The notes beneath the pieces were generated by a model that worked only from the letters and a program-made list of their open reading frames with translations, ran no database searches and was not told where the DNA came from. A stretch of DNA of 58,856 nucleotides, the filler included, from Platydemus manokwari (Eukaryota), in NCBI GenBank assembly GCA_037951405.1. It is 5 parts of 5 records of this genome, joined end to end, with 100 filler letters (N's around TTAATTAATTAA, not from the genome) between each part and the next. Parts side by side here need not be neighbours in the genome. Positions count along the whole stretch, not along the records: positions 10,498 to 20,444 come from JBBMOY011186211.1; positions 20,545 to 33,569 come from JBBMOY011874720.1; 3 more parts are not named here. One strand, given 5' to 3'. A program made the position numbers and the translations under genes. Of this stretch, positions 11,603 to 25,266 are shown in pieces (within the stretch, counting starts at the first letter, position 1; every line of letters starts with the position of its first letter).

Positions 11603-12540
11603 TGGCAATGTTGGAACACATTAAAGAAAATTTTGGAACACACAAACTACAAGAAGAATATGAAAAATATTGTTAAAACCATATTCAAGAGCGTCCCGAC
11701 ATTTTCAATGCCGTATTTTTAAGAGATCGCAAGAATAAAAATCGCCAGAAACGAAAGAGGAAGAAAGAGAAACGAAAATCAACAGAAGAAAGCTTTGGAA
11801 ATTGAAAAATATTTGAAAGAAAATATTTTGGAAATTGGAAACAATGTTCTAGAAAAACTCGATAAAGTATTTTCAGATAATTTTAAAGAAATATTGGAGC
11901 TCTTGAAACGAACATTGGAAAGCGAAAAAAAGTAAATTATTCGAAAATCAAAAATTAAAAATATATTGGAGGTCTTCTCAAATAATTAAAGAATCAAAAT
12001 AATTTCGAGGTCATATTATATTAAAAAGAATGTAACTACAATAACTATAACAGATTTTTATTTTTCGATAAATTTAATGGAATTGGCTAATGAATATCCG
12101 AAAACTGTGAGATTATCAATACCAATAAATTTTAAGATATTAAAGATATTTGCAAAAGGGATCTAGAATTCTGGAAAACTATAATCTAAAAAACTCGAAT
12201 CTGTTAATTTATTTAATTATATGTGATATTTTTAATTAATTGGTTTTCATTAGAATTGTGATGTTTTAATTTTTGTGTTGCTTTACAAAAACAAAAAACC
12301 AAAAAAGAAGAATAAATTCCAATTGCAATCTAATAATACGAGCCAGTCCTAAACAAGATATTGTAATCGCGTATAATTGTTTCTAGACATTCATTGCTTA
12401 TCTCACAACTTTATTAGTCCATTTCAAGTTAATTCGTACAGTTAAAAGTATTTTTGAACTATTATCTATCATCCCAAAACTATACTACAGAACACATATT
12501 TAGTTTGAAACCAATTTAACTAGAAACTAAGCAATTACAA

Positions 12541-14217
12541 ATGGCGAGGACACCCTATACGAAAGAATCAAGGCACATCATGACACCATGGAGAGGTTGA
12601 ATAATCATAGCTCATAATCTCAAGGGAAAATTAGCTGCAATGGAAATAAAGATGACAGAAATTCTGTCTCAGAAACCTCTATGAATACCGTTTCAGTATA
12701 CCAAGAAGTCAGGGATGGCTTGCATATCACGATTAAGGAACATTTATTAAAATCATGTGGAGAGCCATGAAGAAATGTAATATCACGAATAATCTGGATA
12801 GTATGAGGCATCTATTGGAAATTAGAGCTCAAATAGAAAGTCTATAAAAGTGAGAATCAACAAAGAAAAATTCGTAGAAATAAAAATATAAGAATTGCGC
12901 AAAGCTATCAGAACAGACACAGAATTAATTATAAAAGAACAGAATGACCAGCAAGATAATGAAGATAACCATTACATTTTAGAATATGTATTTAAAATAG
13001 AGGAATTGTAATACCAACCGAAAAATCTACCCATGCTGTCGATTTATATAGCCAGATCTCATGGGTAAACCAATTCATACTCCCACTTCGAATGAAAATC
13101 GGAAAACGAGGAAGAAGCCCAATCAAAAAGCAGATCCGAGGCTACTTCAATAAATCGATACGGCCACTGGGACGCGTATTTTTAACCCCTAATCCAATAG
13201 ACAATTATAAATTAAATAACAATTAGAACACAAACACCAATATCTCTCCATCTTTTCAAATCAGATTCCAACAATACAAACAGATGTAAAACCATTCCAA
13301 CAACGCAAACCCAAATCTAATAATCAATACAGCCAAATTTAATCAACATAAAGAAGAATCATACACTTATATATTTAACTGATCCATAAAACTTATACTT
13401 AAAACTTTAAATGGATTGACTTGTGTCACATTTTATTTTGCTTTAGTTTGAAGTGTTTAAATACTAATAATATTAACTTTATCATTATCGTGTGCATGAT
13501 TATGTTTTTTAAAAATTATCAATTTGTAAGGTTATTGTTTTAATTCTTTTAAATTGTGAATAGATTAAAACTAATGTGAGGCTACAAACTACAATTATAT
13601 GATTAAAATAACATACAATAATTAAATCAATTGAGATAGAATAGCGATTGTGATAATGAAATAGAAAGTAAAAATAAAAATTTAAAATAAATGGTGACAG
13701 TTTAAACGATAAGCAGTAATAGAAAAATGGTATATAAATACAGCATTTCTTGTGTACGTTCAGTACCAGCAATACTTGAGTAATAACAATTTATTAATAT
13801 ATCATTGTGTACGTTCAGTACCAGCAATACTAGCTGTAGACAAATAATTATTGCTAGAACAATCAATAATTTATATTAACTTTAACTTTTAGAGATTTCA
13901 GTAATCTTTAAGGTAACTTCATCCTCATACGAATTACCAAAGCCCTCTAGAACCAGTAAAACCAAACAAAAACAACTACCCAATATAGTTAATAAGTACA
14001 GATTCCGACGATTAAGTCGGATAGACTCAACAGTTGTTGAAAATTGAATTTACAATTTATATAGACCGATGGAGAATTTTCATCTTATACATAGTAGGAA
14101 TAGAAACAAGATAATAAACAAACTTACATATCGTTGAATTTTGATACACATACAAACCACAAGTACCAAGACTCAACAGTACGAATCTATGGTGTGTATA
14201 TAAACTACTTAAAATGA
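12541..14217 (+). pseudogene. Possible decayed double-jelly-roll major capsid protein gene
   Basis: LSRIDS (14012-14029) and VRIYGVYINYLK (14179-14214) resemble the C-terminal NFSRIDN and (V/L)RVYAxNYNxLR motifs of NCLDV-type capsids; upstream NQFILPL. Heavily broken, so motif-level inference only. Confidence 0.3.
13750..13831. repeat. Exact 27-bp direct repeat with 28-bp spacer
   Basis: TTGTGTACGTTCAGTACCAGCAATACT at 13750-13776 and 13805-13831. Confidence 0.9.
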
Positions 14218-17200
14218 ATCCTAGCCAAACTGCTTACTGTCCAGGAAAATCGTGCTAATCACCAAGAACATCAATAATTCCAAAATTAATTAATTCAATG
14301 AATAACCATATATTTTATCACAGACATCCCAAATGGGAAAAAGATACCAATTGTTAATAATTACTAATTCTCTGAAACTCCAAGGGCCTCGCTTATTTTA
14401 AATTATTTTTCATAAAAACCAAATTCGATCTTTTTTCCATCAATAATCAATAATTAAAAATCTATCAATTGAATTCATTCAACAAATCGCCAAAGTGAGT
14501 AACAAATACATACGAAAAATAATTGAGCATTGAAACAAATCATTAATAGAGAACGATGCGAACGATTATATTTTTTGCATAAAAGTTAATATAAAACGTA
14601 AGATGGACGATTGAAGTAGTACTGACAAATCGATTAGTAAATTAAATAAACTCAAAGATGGTACTTTTACATGGTGTTCTTATAATGCTTGTAAAATCTT
14701 GATTTTCAATTATCAACGATTTATTTTGTCTGTTACTGATAAAACTTGGTATTCCAAGGTCGGATATTCTGACGAAATCGACTCTGTGAGACTATACTTG
14801 TGTTCGTAGAAGACATATTGACAAAAGTTCATTTTTCCGAGTAAATTTAGAATCAATTTTGAGAACAATGCTATGAGAATACTCATTACCAAGGACAAAT
14901 TAGTCTAAATAAAGTGTTGAAACACTTTATGAGAACAAGTCGAGCCACCAAAATTCCTCAACAACTAGTTTTCAGAATACCAATTTTAAAAAATTTATCA
15001 TTAAAAAGAATTCAACACACCTGATTCACATAAAACGTTAACATCAAAGATCATTTAATTTAATTTTATTATATCTTAAGAATAGAGCTGGAGACCAATC
15101 AATTTTGATTCGACAATCCAACTCGGATATTAACGAATAACATAATTTTTACAGCGTGTCGGCTGTTTATATGTCACGGTTGTCAACTCGGAATTTTATT
15201 ATTATTACTAACAAAGACCAGAAAAACAAGAACATTAATAATTTATGTTTATGATGAGCCAAACAAGTAATCAATCAATTTGTTAAATCAAATAAGATCA
15301 TCTGTTGAGAATCGGGGTACCACTGCAATTCAAATCGTCTAAATATAAGTGTATAAAAATAATAGCATTATTTGATTAATATTTTAAAATCAATAGTGAA
15401 TTGAATAGAATGTTGGTGTATACAAACAAACACTTCCAATATTAGTTTTACCGATATAAATCATAAAATATTATGGAATATTCTTTGAAAAGATTATATT
15501 TATTTGTCTTATTTTACATCTATTTTTTATATTAGAATTTAATACTAGCCATCGGTGAAATACGGAATACCTTTGGAATTAGATGGATGAATTCGGATTA
15601 AAAAACAAAAAACACCTTAGTGCTTGTTATAATTTTGAATCGACCTATACTCCGAGTGACGAAGACTACAGTTATTTTCCGGTTTTATTACGATAGAAAA
15701 TTTTTATGTTATGGTAATAATTTTTTGGAATCTATTGTTTATATTTAAAACTTATTTGGATATTGACGATAGTAATAAAAATATTCATTGACCTAAAATA
15801 AATTAACCAGAATAAGAAATTATTCAACCATTATTAAAAGTTAATCTAAGAAAATAGTTTAAATAATTACCTATATAATTCACCTAACAAAAGAAAAACA
15901 CTCATTATTTTCCAGAAATAATAGTGAAATGTATTTAAACCAAAATTATTAATAAAACAAATAGATATTAAATCATGACATAAACAGGATAATCGAAAGC
16001 CTGTAATTTGAAAACCATTAGGAACACGTTAATTTCACAAAACAATTTACGCCTACATTGATTCAAGAAGTAGAAGAATTACCAGTAAAAGAAACAGACA
16101 CAGGTACAATCATCGTTCTTAATGAATCCATTTATCTTAAATTATGTGTTAATTAAAAATATTTTTATACTTTGTGATTTTTATATATCATGAATTCTGT
16201 GTTAATTAAAATATTTTCTGAAATATAAGTTCCAGCAAAACCATTGGTGTCCAATTAATCATCTACGTATTAAAATAAATAGAGCAAATAAATCTACATT
16301 GTATAATTTTCCATACAATTTAGAAATTAACACCAAATAAAGAAAATTAATTGCTATTCCAAGAGAGAATTTAACCCATTAATTTTAAAAATCACCAATT
16401 TTTCTTTACCAGCGTGAAAAGCGGATTTGATATAAATACCAACGCGGGGATATTCAGTAGCCCATTATTTCAAATCGAAAGGAAGAAATATTTGATTCAT
16501 TTAAACCTTGTTAGAGCCCTTATATTGTCATATCAAATTTATTTGTCTAAACTTTATAATTATTATATATTTTGAGGAACATATCGAACATAACAACAAT
16601 GTTAACAAACTCATCAGAGATCAAGCCCATCCAATATCGAAAATTATCAAATTCGATCCCAATTAAAACTCTGATTCCAAAATTTTAATAGCCTTTATTC
16701 AGTCAAATCCAATAATCCAATCATTAGTACTAATCATTGATTGTCAATCATCAACACACTTTATTGCAATTAAGATTTTAAAGGTAAAAATGAGATACGA
16801 TGAGACAGATTGGTTATATGAAAAAGAATGCATAAAAGTCGATAAGCAAATAGCACACTTCTGTCACTCCCATAATCTTCATATTATAAGTAGAGTGCGA
16901 GGTGAAAGAACAACAAATAATGTTTAATACACCTGGACTACTGTCATAGACCTCACTGAGACTGATATGGAAGTGTCGCAGATCAAAAGAGAGACTGATA
17001 AGAAAGAAAATGAGAGCACCCAAGTATCAAAGAGGTGGTGTCTAAAAGGAACAACAAAGTAATACCCTTTTATAAATATTTGACAAGCGAATATTATTTT
17101 TGTCAAAGTCAAACCAAGTTCTGTTCATAGCTATCTAATTATCTAAAGATTATCCATGAATTCGAACTCAAAAAACTATAACGTACCCTCATTTCATCAA

Positions 17201-18779
17201 TTATTAATATTTATATTGTTAATGTTTAAAGGTTCGTCAGTTAATCGAACAATATCTTTTCATTTATAATACTCAATTATTACTTATTAAAGCTTTGTTA
17301 TAAATTCTCTCGAGTGCCAATATATTTAAACAAATTCAAGTGACGAGGTACTTGTGCGATAAACTACTAAGTCCTTGCAACGACACTTGTTCGCTTATGA
17401 CAAAGTCTATGTTGTGAATATTCTGGTCTCATTGCAGACCGAATAAGAACTATATAAAAGAATTCTAATTTCATAAATGAAGATAAATTATACTGAAGTT
17501 TTTAATTTTATACGCATAATAATCTCTAGTCGAAGATTGATATTGTATTATTAGAAATATTTAGAAGGAAAACGATATTTTATTAGTTTCATTCCAAAGG
17601 GATCTCCAAAGGAAAATTGATATCACATTATTCTCATTTCAAGCGAACCTTTAGAAAAAAAATTATATAATAATTATTTATATAATTCTTAATTTTATTT
17701 ATTCACACGTGGTCTTCTACGTAATCTTCAACTATTATAATCCATTCTCCTTAATATTTTCAGATAGGAAAGATATATTTGTACATATTATATTGCTATA
17801 TAAGAAAAAAGTAGATGATTGCATTTCAAAAAAATTTTCAACATCCCATAAAAATTAAAATATCAAAAAGTTGATTTCAATTTATTTTTATCTTATTAAC
17901 TCATAGTTAAATTTTTGCTTATTGAAATTGCATTTTAATATTTATTAAAGGCACGAAGTTATTGAAATAAACTTTATTGTATATGTTAAGAACTGCTTTA
18001 TATATGCGTGTATATATGCGAATGTGTGTGTAAAATGCGAAATTACCAAAAGCTGTTAAGCTATTAGACGAAAAAAATTAAATTTCAATCTAAGCCAAAT
18101 TAAAGTCCAACATGGTTAATGAAAGCAACACATAAATCAATGACAAAAATATAATTAAGTATATTTGAAGTTAGAATGAGCGGAAACCAATAAGCAGAAA
18201 CCTTAAGAATAAAATGCGTTCTTAAAAATAAAACTATACTCTTAAAATTAACAATACAGTTAATTAACAATACAAAACAAAAATAATATTAATAAGTTAT
18301 TAATCCTACAATTATATATCCAGGTAATTTTATAAATAATTAAGAATTAATATTAATTTATTGTGGATCATTTTTTTCAGTACTGCGAATTTTCCCAAAT
18401 AATACCTCAATTTAACTTTTCTTTTTCCATCCTTAACTTTGCTGCAATAAAATAAACAAGCATAAAACAAGCTTGCAAAATTAATTTACTCCATTCATCA
18501 TGTCGAACACAAAAGTCAAACTTTGTTTATGAAAAACATAAATGCATTGAGTAAAATAATAAACATCGAAAAAGATTAATTAACTTTCAATTATCAATGG
18601 TTAGTTAAATTAATTTTTGAAAAATTTATTCATTTGGAATTGATGAACAAAAAAGGCAATTACCTTCATTAATACTTAAAGTTGTTTGGATAGTTTATTT
18701 GGAAACAATATTTTCTTTTATCTGTACATATCTATTTTAAAAGAATATTCTTCATGAATAAAATGTAATATTTGAAAAA

Positions 18780-20080
18780 CATTTCTCTGACAAAACCTCC
18801 ATGGCTCTATCTATTGATTCAATGTTTCAAAATGGTCCAGAAAAGAGAACAACTATAATGCTGTATTGATAGTTTTATTTGATACTAATCACTATTAAAT
18901 AATGTCCTTTTAATAATCATCCACCCAATGATTCTGATGATCAATGGTTATGTTTAAGAATTAATTTTGTACAAGACATTTAGGAGGATGCTAATACGTT
19001 AACACGAATGAACTATATTCTCAAAGCATGCCAAATATCGTATCAATAAGAAAATCTTCGTAATATATACAAATAATTAACTTTTTCTTATTTCAAAACA
19101 TATATCCTATATTACCATTGCGTATTTAAAATTAGAATACATGATTCCCATATGCAATTCTTAGTATCCTTTGAGAACCTATTTTGTTATTCCAATATGC
19201 AGAGGCATTCAAACTATTGTATACACCTAAAAGAAATTATGAAAACATAATTAATGAATTTCCAAACTCAAGCACAAAACTTACACACTCAAAAACTAAC
19301 CTATCAAAATCTTTTAAATGAAACAAACAGTGAGAATCTCATAATTAAAATAAATAAAAATATATGAAAAACTGAAATCATAAAATAAATAAAATAAAAC
19401 ATAATAAAAATAACTATTATGTTAAATGGATTATACATTCTTGAACATACGGCAAAAAGTAGTTTTATTCGTTAAATATAAAAATATCTAGTGTTAAATA
19501 ATGTCTAAGCTTAATACTTCCAAAAGAGTTAGTTCACAAATCGCAAGGGGAAATTAAATCAATTATAAAATCAATAATTTATACTAAATTCGATCTCCAC
19601 ACTGGTCAGCAAATTATGAAAATATCTAATCTCCATTACTTATAAATCAACATATAAAGACAGAAGCCAAACATCTTATGAGAATCCAAGATTATATACT
19701 TTAATAAATTTGAAAGCCAGTGCAAGTTATTAAGTGATAATGTAAATGTGATCCAATGAGTTTTATTAATGACAACGTGTTCCTAGTTTTTATAGTTTTC
19801 CCGTCTCAAGAGACTCATTTTATATGGAAGACCAGTGTATTCATTGTGAACCTTTTAATTTTGAGTCTTGTATAGTTGAAAGATTTGATCCAACATTTAA
19901 AAGTGTATTCTCATCCTTTTTTATTATATATTATTTTCCTTTTTCACAGAAACCAAACAACACGATATGCTATTTATGTCAAACTTGCTTCTACCGCTAC
20001 ATGTTAATAAGATTTTGAAAAGTCAAAGCCACTCTAAAAAGATGTTACGAGTAGTGGACGGGAATTGACGTAAATATTTG
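18780..20080 (+). mobile_element. Highly decayed protein-primed family B DNA polymerase (second Polinton-like type)
   Basis: LGG then YVNTNELYSQSMP (18995-19033; cf. motif A DxNSLYPxxM), then IYPILPLRI and KLEYMIPICN (19100-19158; cf. HPVLPxR..KLxFPLC), in the expected order. Boundaries approximate. Confidence 0.5.
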
Positions 20081-20444
20081 AAAAAATATCGACATTAAAA
20101 ATAAATATAGCCTCAAATTTTTTTTATTTTTTTGTCAATTTCAGAATTTAAATCGACTATTATTATGTTAAGAAATAATACCGATTAGTATAAAAAGAAT
20201 GCTTTATCGAATTTCCAATTAAAGTTTCAAACTTTTTGACCTTGGCTCATTTGGAAAATCTATATAATGTTGTGGGTCTCTATTTAAAATTCCCAAAGGC
20301 TTCACATATTAATTCATAGAGCTCAAATTCCTAAGGTCTGTAAAATTATGTTTACTGGATGTATTTAGTTTAATCAATATGAGCTAATATGTAATATATT
20401 AAAAAAGAAATTTAACATTCTAATTTAGCAATTTTATTAATATG

Positions 20445-20544
20445 NNNNNNNNNNNNNNNNNNNNNNNNNNNNNNNNNNNNNNNNNNNNTTAATTAATTAA
20501 NNNNNNNNNNNNNNNNNNNNNNNNNNNNNNNNNNNNNNNNNNNN
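20445..20544. other. Assembly gap with TTAATTAATTAA linker
   Basis: 100-bp N block with linker. Confidence 0.98.
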
Positions 20545-21084
20545 TGTTGTAACTTCCGATGGACATTACTTTGGATAACAGAATTGTACAAGATTTTCTT
20601 TAATAAACACTCAATTGTTCTCAAAAAATTCCGGTTTTTAAGTTATAGACCCAATACTATTCGAAAATTAACACCCTCCTCCTCATTCATGTATTTTAAA
20701 ATATTATCACTTGAATCTAAAATATATGAAATTATATTTTTATTTTCTAGAGAATGTTTAATGAATGGAACAAATTTAATAATATCACATGTATTATCAT
20801 GTAAATTATTTCATTATTATTAATCCTGTTTTATTTTTAAAATATTTATTACACACTGCACAATGAAATTCCAAATTGGGTTCATTCATTTTTAATGAAT
20901 ATTTTTTAATTATAAATATATTTATGACTTTAATATCTAATAAAACACAGAAATTACAATTAATTAACTTTATTTATGCATGGAGTAGAGAGAAAATGAG
21001 GGCTTTAGCTCAGATTCAGCACAAATTCGAATTTGGGGTGGGTCTGGGCTAGAACCTTCTTTTTCTATCTACTGGCATTCAAAA

Positions 21085-23186
21085 AGAAGTAATTAAAATG
21101 ATGTTGTTTTCCAATTATTGATGAAATTTGTCCTCTTATTCCCTGTTACATCATTTCATACATTGTTTAATCAGTAAATAACTCAATATTGGTTTCTTTT
21201 AATCCTGATTCCCATGTTAAAGATGTTATTGAAACATAATGAACAGGATCTTTGATTTATATAATTGGTTCTTAAAGATTCAATTGAGCCAGCTAATATA
21301 TTTACGTCTTGCTTTAAATATAAGACTATGTAATCCCATAATGTTTAACTATTGAATTTATTCCAAATATCTTGAGCTCTCTAATATTCTTCTTCTGTTA
21401 TTCCACTGAATTTTAATTCAAAATAAAAACTTTCTATTGAGGGTAATTTAATGTCATTTAATATTTTAAATGAACTTATATAATCATTTGGATAAATACG
21501 ATTCTCCTAAATAATTAAAAAAAATGTTCATAAACCTCTTTTTTTAATTCTAGAAATTCATCATCTTTCATTAATTTAGTTATCTTATCTAGGGAGTTTA
21601 GGAATAGTCTTAGTGGGTTTGTAAATCTCATACAGTCATAATTTAAGGAAATATAAATTTCTTTTGTTAATGGTAGTATTTTGATTGTAGTATTTTTAAT
21701 GATAGTATTTGTGGGTTTTATATGTTGAGTTGATGCATAAATTCGAGCTGTTTTATTTTTTGCAAAGAAAACACATCGATTTCTTGTTTTAACTGGTTTG
21801 AGTTATATTAGTTTAGGTAGTAGTATTTTGATCTCCTTATCATTATCCCATATTTTTGTAAGATCCTTTATCACTTGATAAAAATAATATTTCAATCCAT
21901 AATGAAAATATAATAAAAAATCTTTTAGTTTCCTCTATAATTGTTCTCTTTGAGATAATGATCATAATTAATAACTTTGATTATTGGTTCCACGATTGCA
22001 CTTGGATTCCTAATTTGTATTTCCCAACTTAAGTGACAAATATTTATTTTACTAATTTTCTTTTTCAATAAATACAATTAGTGGAATTATTATTGTGTAC
22101 TTTTAATTAAAATCGATTTTTATTTTCTACAATCCAGTTATAAAATTCCTTAATACAATTCTCTCCTTTAAATAATTTGTTTTCATTTTCTATTATATCA
22201 AGATATCTTGAAATTAATTTTAAATGAACACAAGAAGGAATTTGTTTGCTTATAATTTCAGTATTTTTTCCTCCTTGTCCTTGTTCTTTTGGAATATTTA
22301 CACTTTTTTCATCGGCAACCAATTTAAAAGAATATTTGGAATTTTTAAACCTTGGAATATTTTCATTATTAACCTTCTTACTTTACATAATTGTTTTTGT
22401 CATTTCTTTTCCATTTTTACCAAATATTCGTTGATTTTTGTCAAAACCAATTTCTTTTACAAAGTAAAACCAACATTTATCACTGACAGTTGTTTTTGAT
22501 TTGGTCTTAATTTTTAATTTAATTCTCCGCTCAAAAATTGTTCAAAGTTATTAATGAGACCATAATGTGTTACACCAATTTATAAATATAATAATTTGAT
22601 ACCTTGATATTCTATTTTTTCTAAAATTATAGATTGGAAATAATTTATAGTTTTTCCCGTTTCTTCTTCCCTATGTACATCTTTTAACCTTTAACCTTTG
22701 ATAAATTATCATCTAATGTCAGAGGAAAATATTTGATTATTTCTAATAATTGATCTTCCTTAATTTGCTCTTCATCGCTTTTTAATGCTTGATTTGAACT
22801 AAGTGCCATTGTATTGTCCCCTTTTTCAATTGCATTATTTTGTAAAATAATCTTAACACTTATTTGAAATTTAATGTTTAAATATTTATTTAAGAATTTG
22901 AAAATTCCATAAGATTCTTCTGAAATATGATTAATTTGATGTTTGTTGGTTGAGATATTTTTTTAATCTTATAGGTTTTGTAAATATCTTTCATATTTTT
23001 ATTGTTATGAATTGATTCTCCTTCATTATCTTTGACAAACAAAATTTGTTAGCGTTTAAAAACCGAGCTACGCTCATTTGTTATTTTATTACATTTTGCA
23101 ATATGCTTTTTGGATTTTTCGTGAGCTTTTAGACTCTGAATCGTTTTACAAGTTTAGTGGCAAATTTTGCGTTTATGCGCACACAT
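21085..23186 (-). mobile_element. Polinton/Maverick pPolB pseudogene, N-terminal two-thirds (copy A)
   Basis: C2H2-like KICH*TCKTIQSLKAHEKSKKH; THYGLINN; ADEK...FKGENCIKEF; CHLS(G)KY endonuclease-VII-like insert; ILPLTKEIYISLNYDCMRF; DPVHYVSITSLTWESGLKETNIELFTD*TMYEMM*QGIRG. Many stops and frameshifts. Confidence 0.85.
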
Positions 23187-23798
23187 TTTTAATATTTATT
23201 TTTTTATACAGTTTTAATTTTATGGTTTTCTAAATTGTTTTTTCAATATAATATATAAGTAGTAGTGTATGTTAGACCTATATCAATGCAATTATATCTC
23301 AATTTTGATCTGTTTTTTCAAATGTAATATCACTAACAAATTTGGTAAATTTTTGAAAATAGATTGCTTGATTTCCTTCTTAAATATATTAATAATCTGT
23401 AGGAACAACATAAAGTGAAAAACTAAAAACTTTGTATTTCTTTCATACTTCATTTTTATCAGGAATTTTTATGTAATTTATTATCATTAATATTATAAAC
23501 AGATTAATATTATTATCAACCTATTGCTCAACTTAAACCTGATATAATTAATGGAAATGAGGCTAATAACAGTTAATAAAGCCCACCAGACTTTTGTTTA
23601 TATATATATATATATGACTTATTTTAGAATTATGTTACTCTATATGCTTTTTTATGTCTCTTGAGATTTTGAAACTTGATTTTTCTCACTTGAATATTAT
23701 CCAATGAAATTTGAAATGATAGACCAATCATTAAATTCCAAATCAAATTAAAATATTTTATTAATATTTTACTTATTTTTATAATCTGATTATGACAC

Positions 23799-24692
23799 AT
23801 GCTGTATTTGTTGTTGTTTTTGATTGATTTTGTTGATTGTGATGATTTATTTTCTATTGACAATGCTTGTGTTAACAATCCAATGGAAACTCTTACAATG
23901 TTCTCCAAGATAAAATGTAGCATCTACTGTAGTTCGACCACATGTAGAGCATTTCAATTTGTTGAGGTGACATCGCAATGCTATTTGTATGAGTTTGGTG
24001 AAGTTTGTAAATCGAATTGTAACAAGACCACAATATTTATCAAAAACAAATTCAAGGATGAAGTAAGCTCATTTCCAATAACATTTACTTTAATATCTCC
24101 ATTTCAGAATTTCATAAAATCAAAAAGTGTTGCTTTTCAACTTTTAAATTGCGTGGAAGTCCCTTATGCCATTGGCGATCCTTCTGTTTTCAATATCATC
24201 AATAATCAGGCAATACCAATTCTCACCGATAATGATAACAAATTGATAATGGCTGTCGGATTTTTGAATTTCAGTAAAATGATAGTTGTTCCCAAGACTG
24301 AAATCGTAGAGAATATCAACAAAGTTGTAAAAAATGAGCGAATGATAAATAATTTCGTTACCTATCTGACAAACGGTGAATGCAGAAATTATTCCCTTTG
24401 CTACATCTCAATAGATGTTTATAAGAAGTATTTTGGAATAAAGAATCGAGTGATTGGAGTGAGTGATAACTCAATATTTGATTTAAATGACTTCATGTCA
24501 AATGTTAAAATTAATCACTGGCACATCATTTTTGGTGGAACTACGTGGTCAGGCAACATAGAGTCATATACAATAGAGCTGGTCAAACTTTATGGGATTT
24601 GTCTAACAAATATTGCAGGTAATTCGGATTTCCATATCAATCGAAACCTTTCTGATGACATTTTAAAATATGAAAACAATAATTGCATGTAG
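23799..24692 (+). CDS. Intronless secreted protein: PAN/apple-like domain plus TCAF/FAM115 N-terminal-like domain, 297 aa
   Basis: Intact 894-nt ORF in AT-rich DNA. Signal peptide; C..SKIKCSIYC....CRAFQF....QCYLY (PAN pattern). GDPSVFNIINNQAIPILTDNDNKLIMAVGF..SKMIVV and IIFGGTTW resemble the TCAF N-terminus (PSELLLIG..AFPV....GQVLIAAS.YG.GR.VV; LLIGGQAW). No HExxH motif. AATAAA not evident. Confidence 0.8.
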   Translation: MLYLLLFLIDFVDCDDLFSIDNACVNNPMETLTMFSKIKCSIYCSSTTCRAFQFVEVTSQCYLYEFGEVCKSNCNKTTIFIKNKFKDEVSSFPITFTLISPFQNFIKSKSVAFQLLNCVEVPYAIGDPSVFNIINNQAIPILTDNDNKLIMAVGFLNFSKMIVVPKTEIVENINKVVKNERMINNFVTYLTNGECRNYSLCYISIDVYKKYFGIKNRVIGVSDNSIFDLNDFMSNVKINHWHIIFGGTTWSGNIESYTIELVKLYGICLTNIAGNSDFHINRNLSDDILKYENNNCM

Positions 24693-25173
24693 AAAGTGGT
24701 TATCTTTCACAAAAATAATGTATTGATATTGCACTAAACATCTTTATGTGTTTTGCTTGAGTTTATTTATTATTTGATTTTTTGGTTATAAACTTTATTA
24801 TTATTAATAATTATTTTTATCATGATTAAATATTGACGAGAGGTTTAAAAATCAATTTTTCTCCTACTTAATTAAATTGCTACTATTATAATTATTCAGT
24901 GTTTTTAAAGTATTTTTTAGAAAAATAATATTTTAATAATTGTTTTTAAATCAATTATAAATTTTATTTATTTAAATTATTTATTATATATTTATTATAT
25001 ATTTTTTTAATATTTAACATTTTTCCAAATTTAAAAATGTAAAATTTACAATCAGTAAGACATGATTGTCAATACAACAAATCTCATTTACCAAATAATA
25101 AAACTTAACAGTACCAATGATGATTTTTTATCATTTGTATAATAGGTTTACCTATTTGTATATGTATATGAAA

Positions 25174-25266
25174 TAATAAAAGTACTTAAAATTTTTTATT
25201 ATTAATAAAAGTACCTAAAAGTAAGTTATATATTTTATTACATAATAAAAGTACCTAAAAGTAAGG
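25174..25266. repeat. Three dispersed copies of TAATAAAAGTAC(C/T)TAAAA
   Basis: Copies near 25175, 25203 and 25243, typical of transposon subterminal repeats. Confidence 0.65.

Noticed and set aside
13750-13831. CRISPR-like repeat-spacer-repeat geometry
   Set aside because: Only two repeats, no cas genes, and a eukaryotic intron-containing context.
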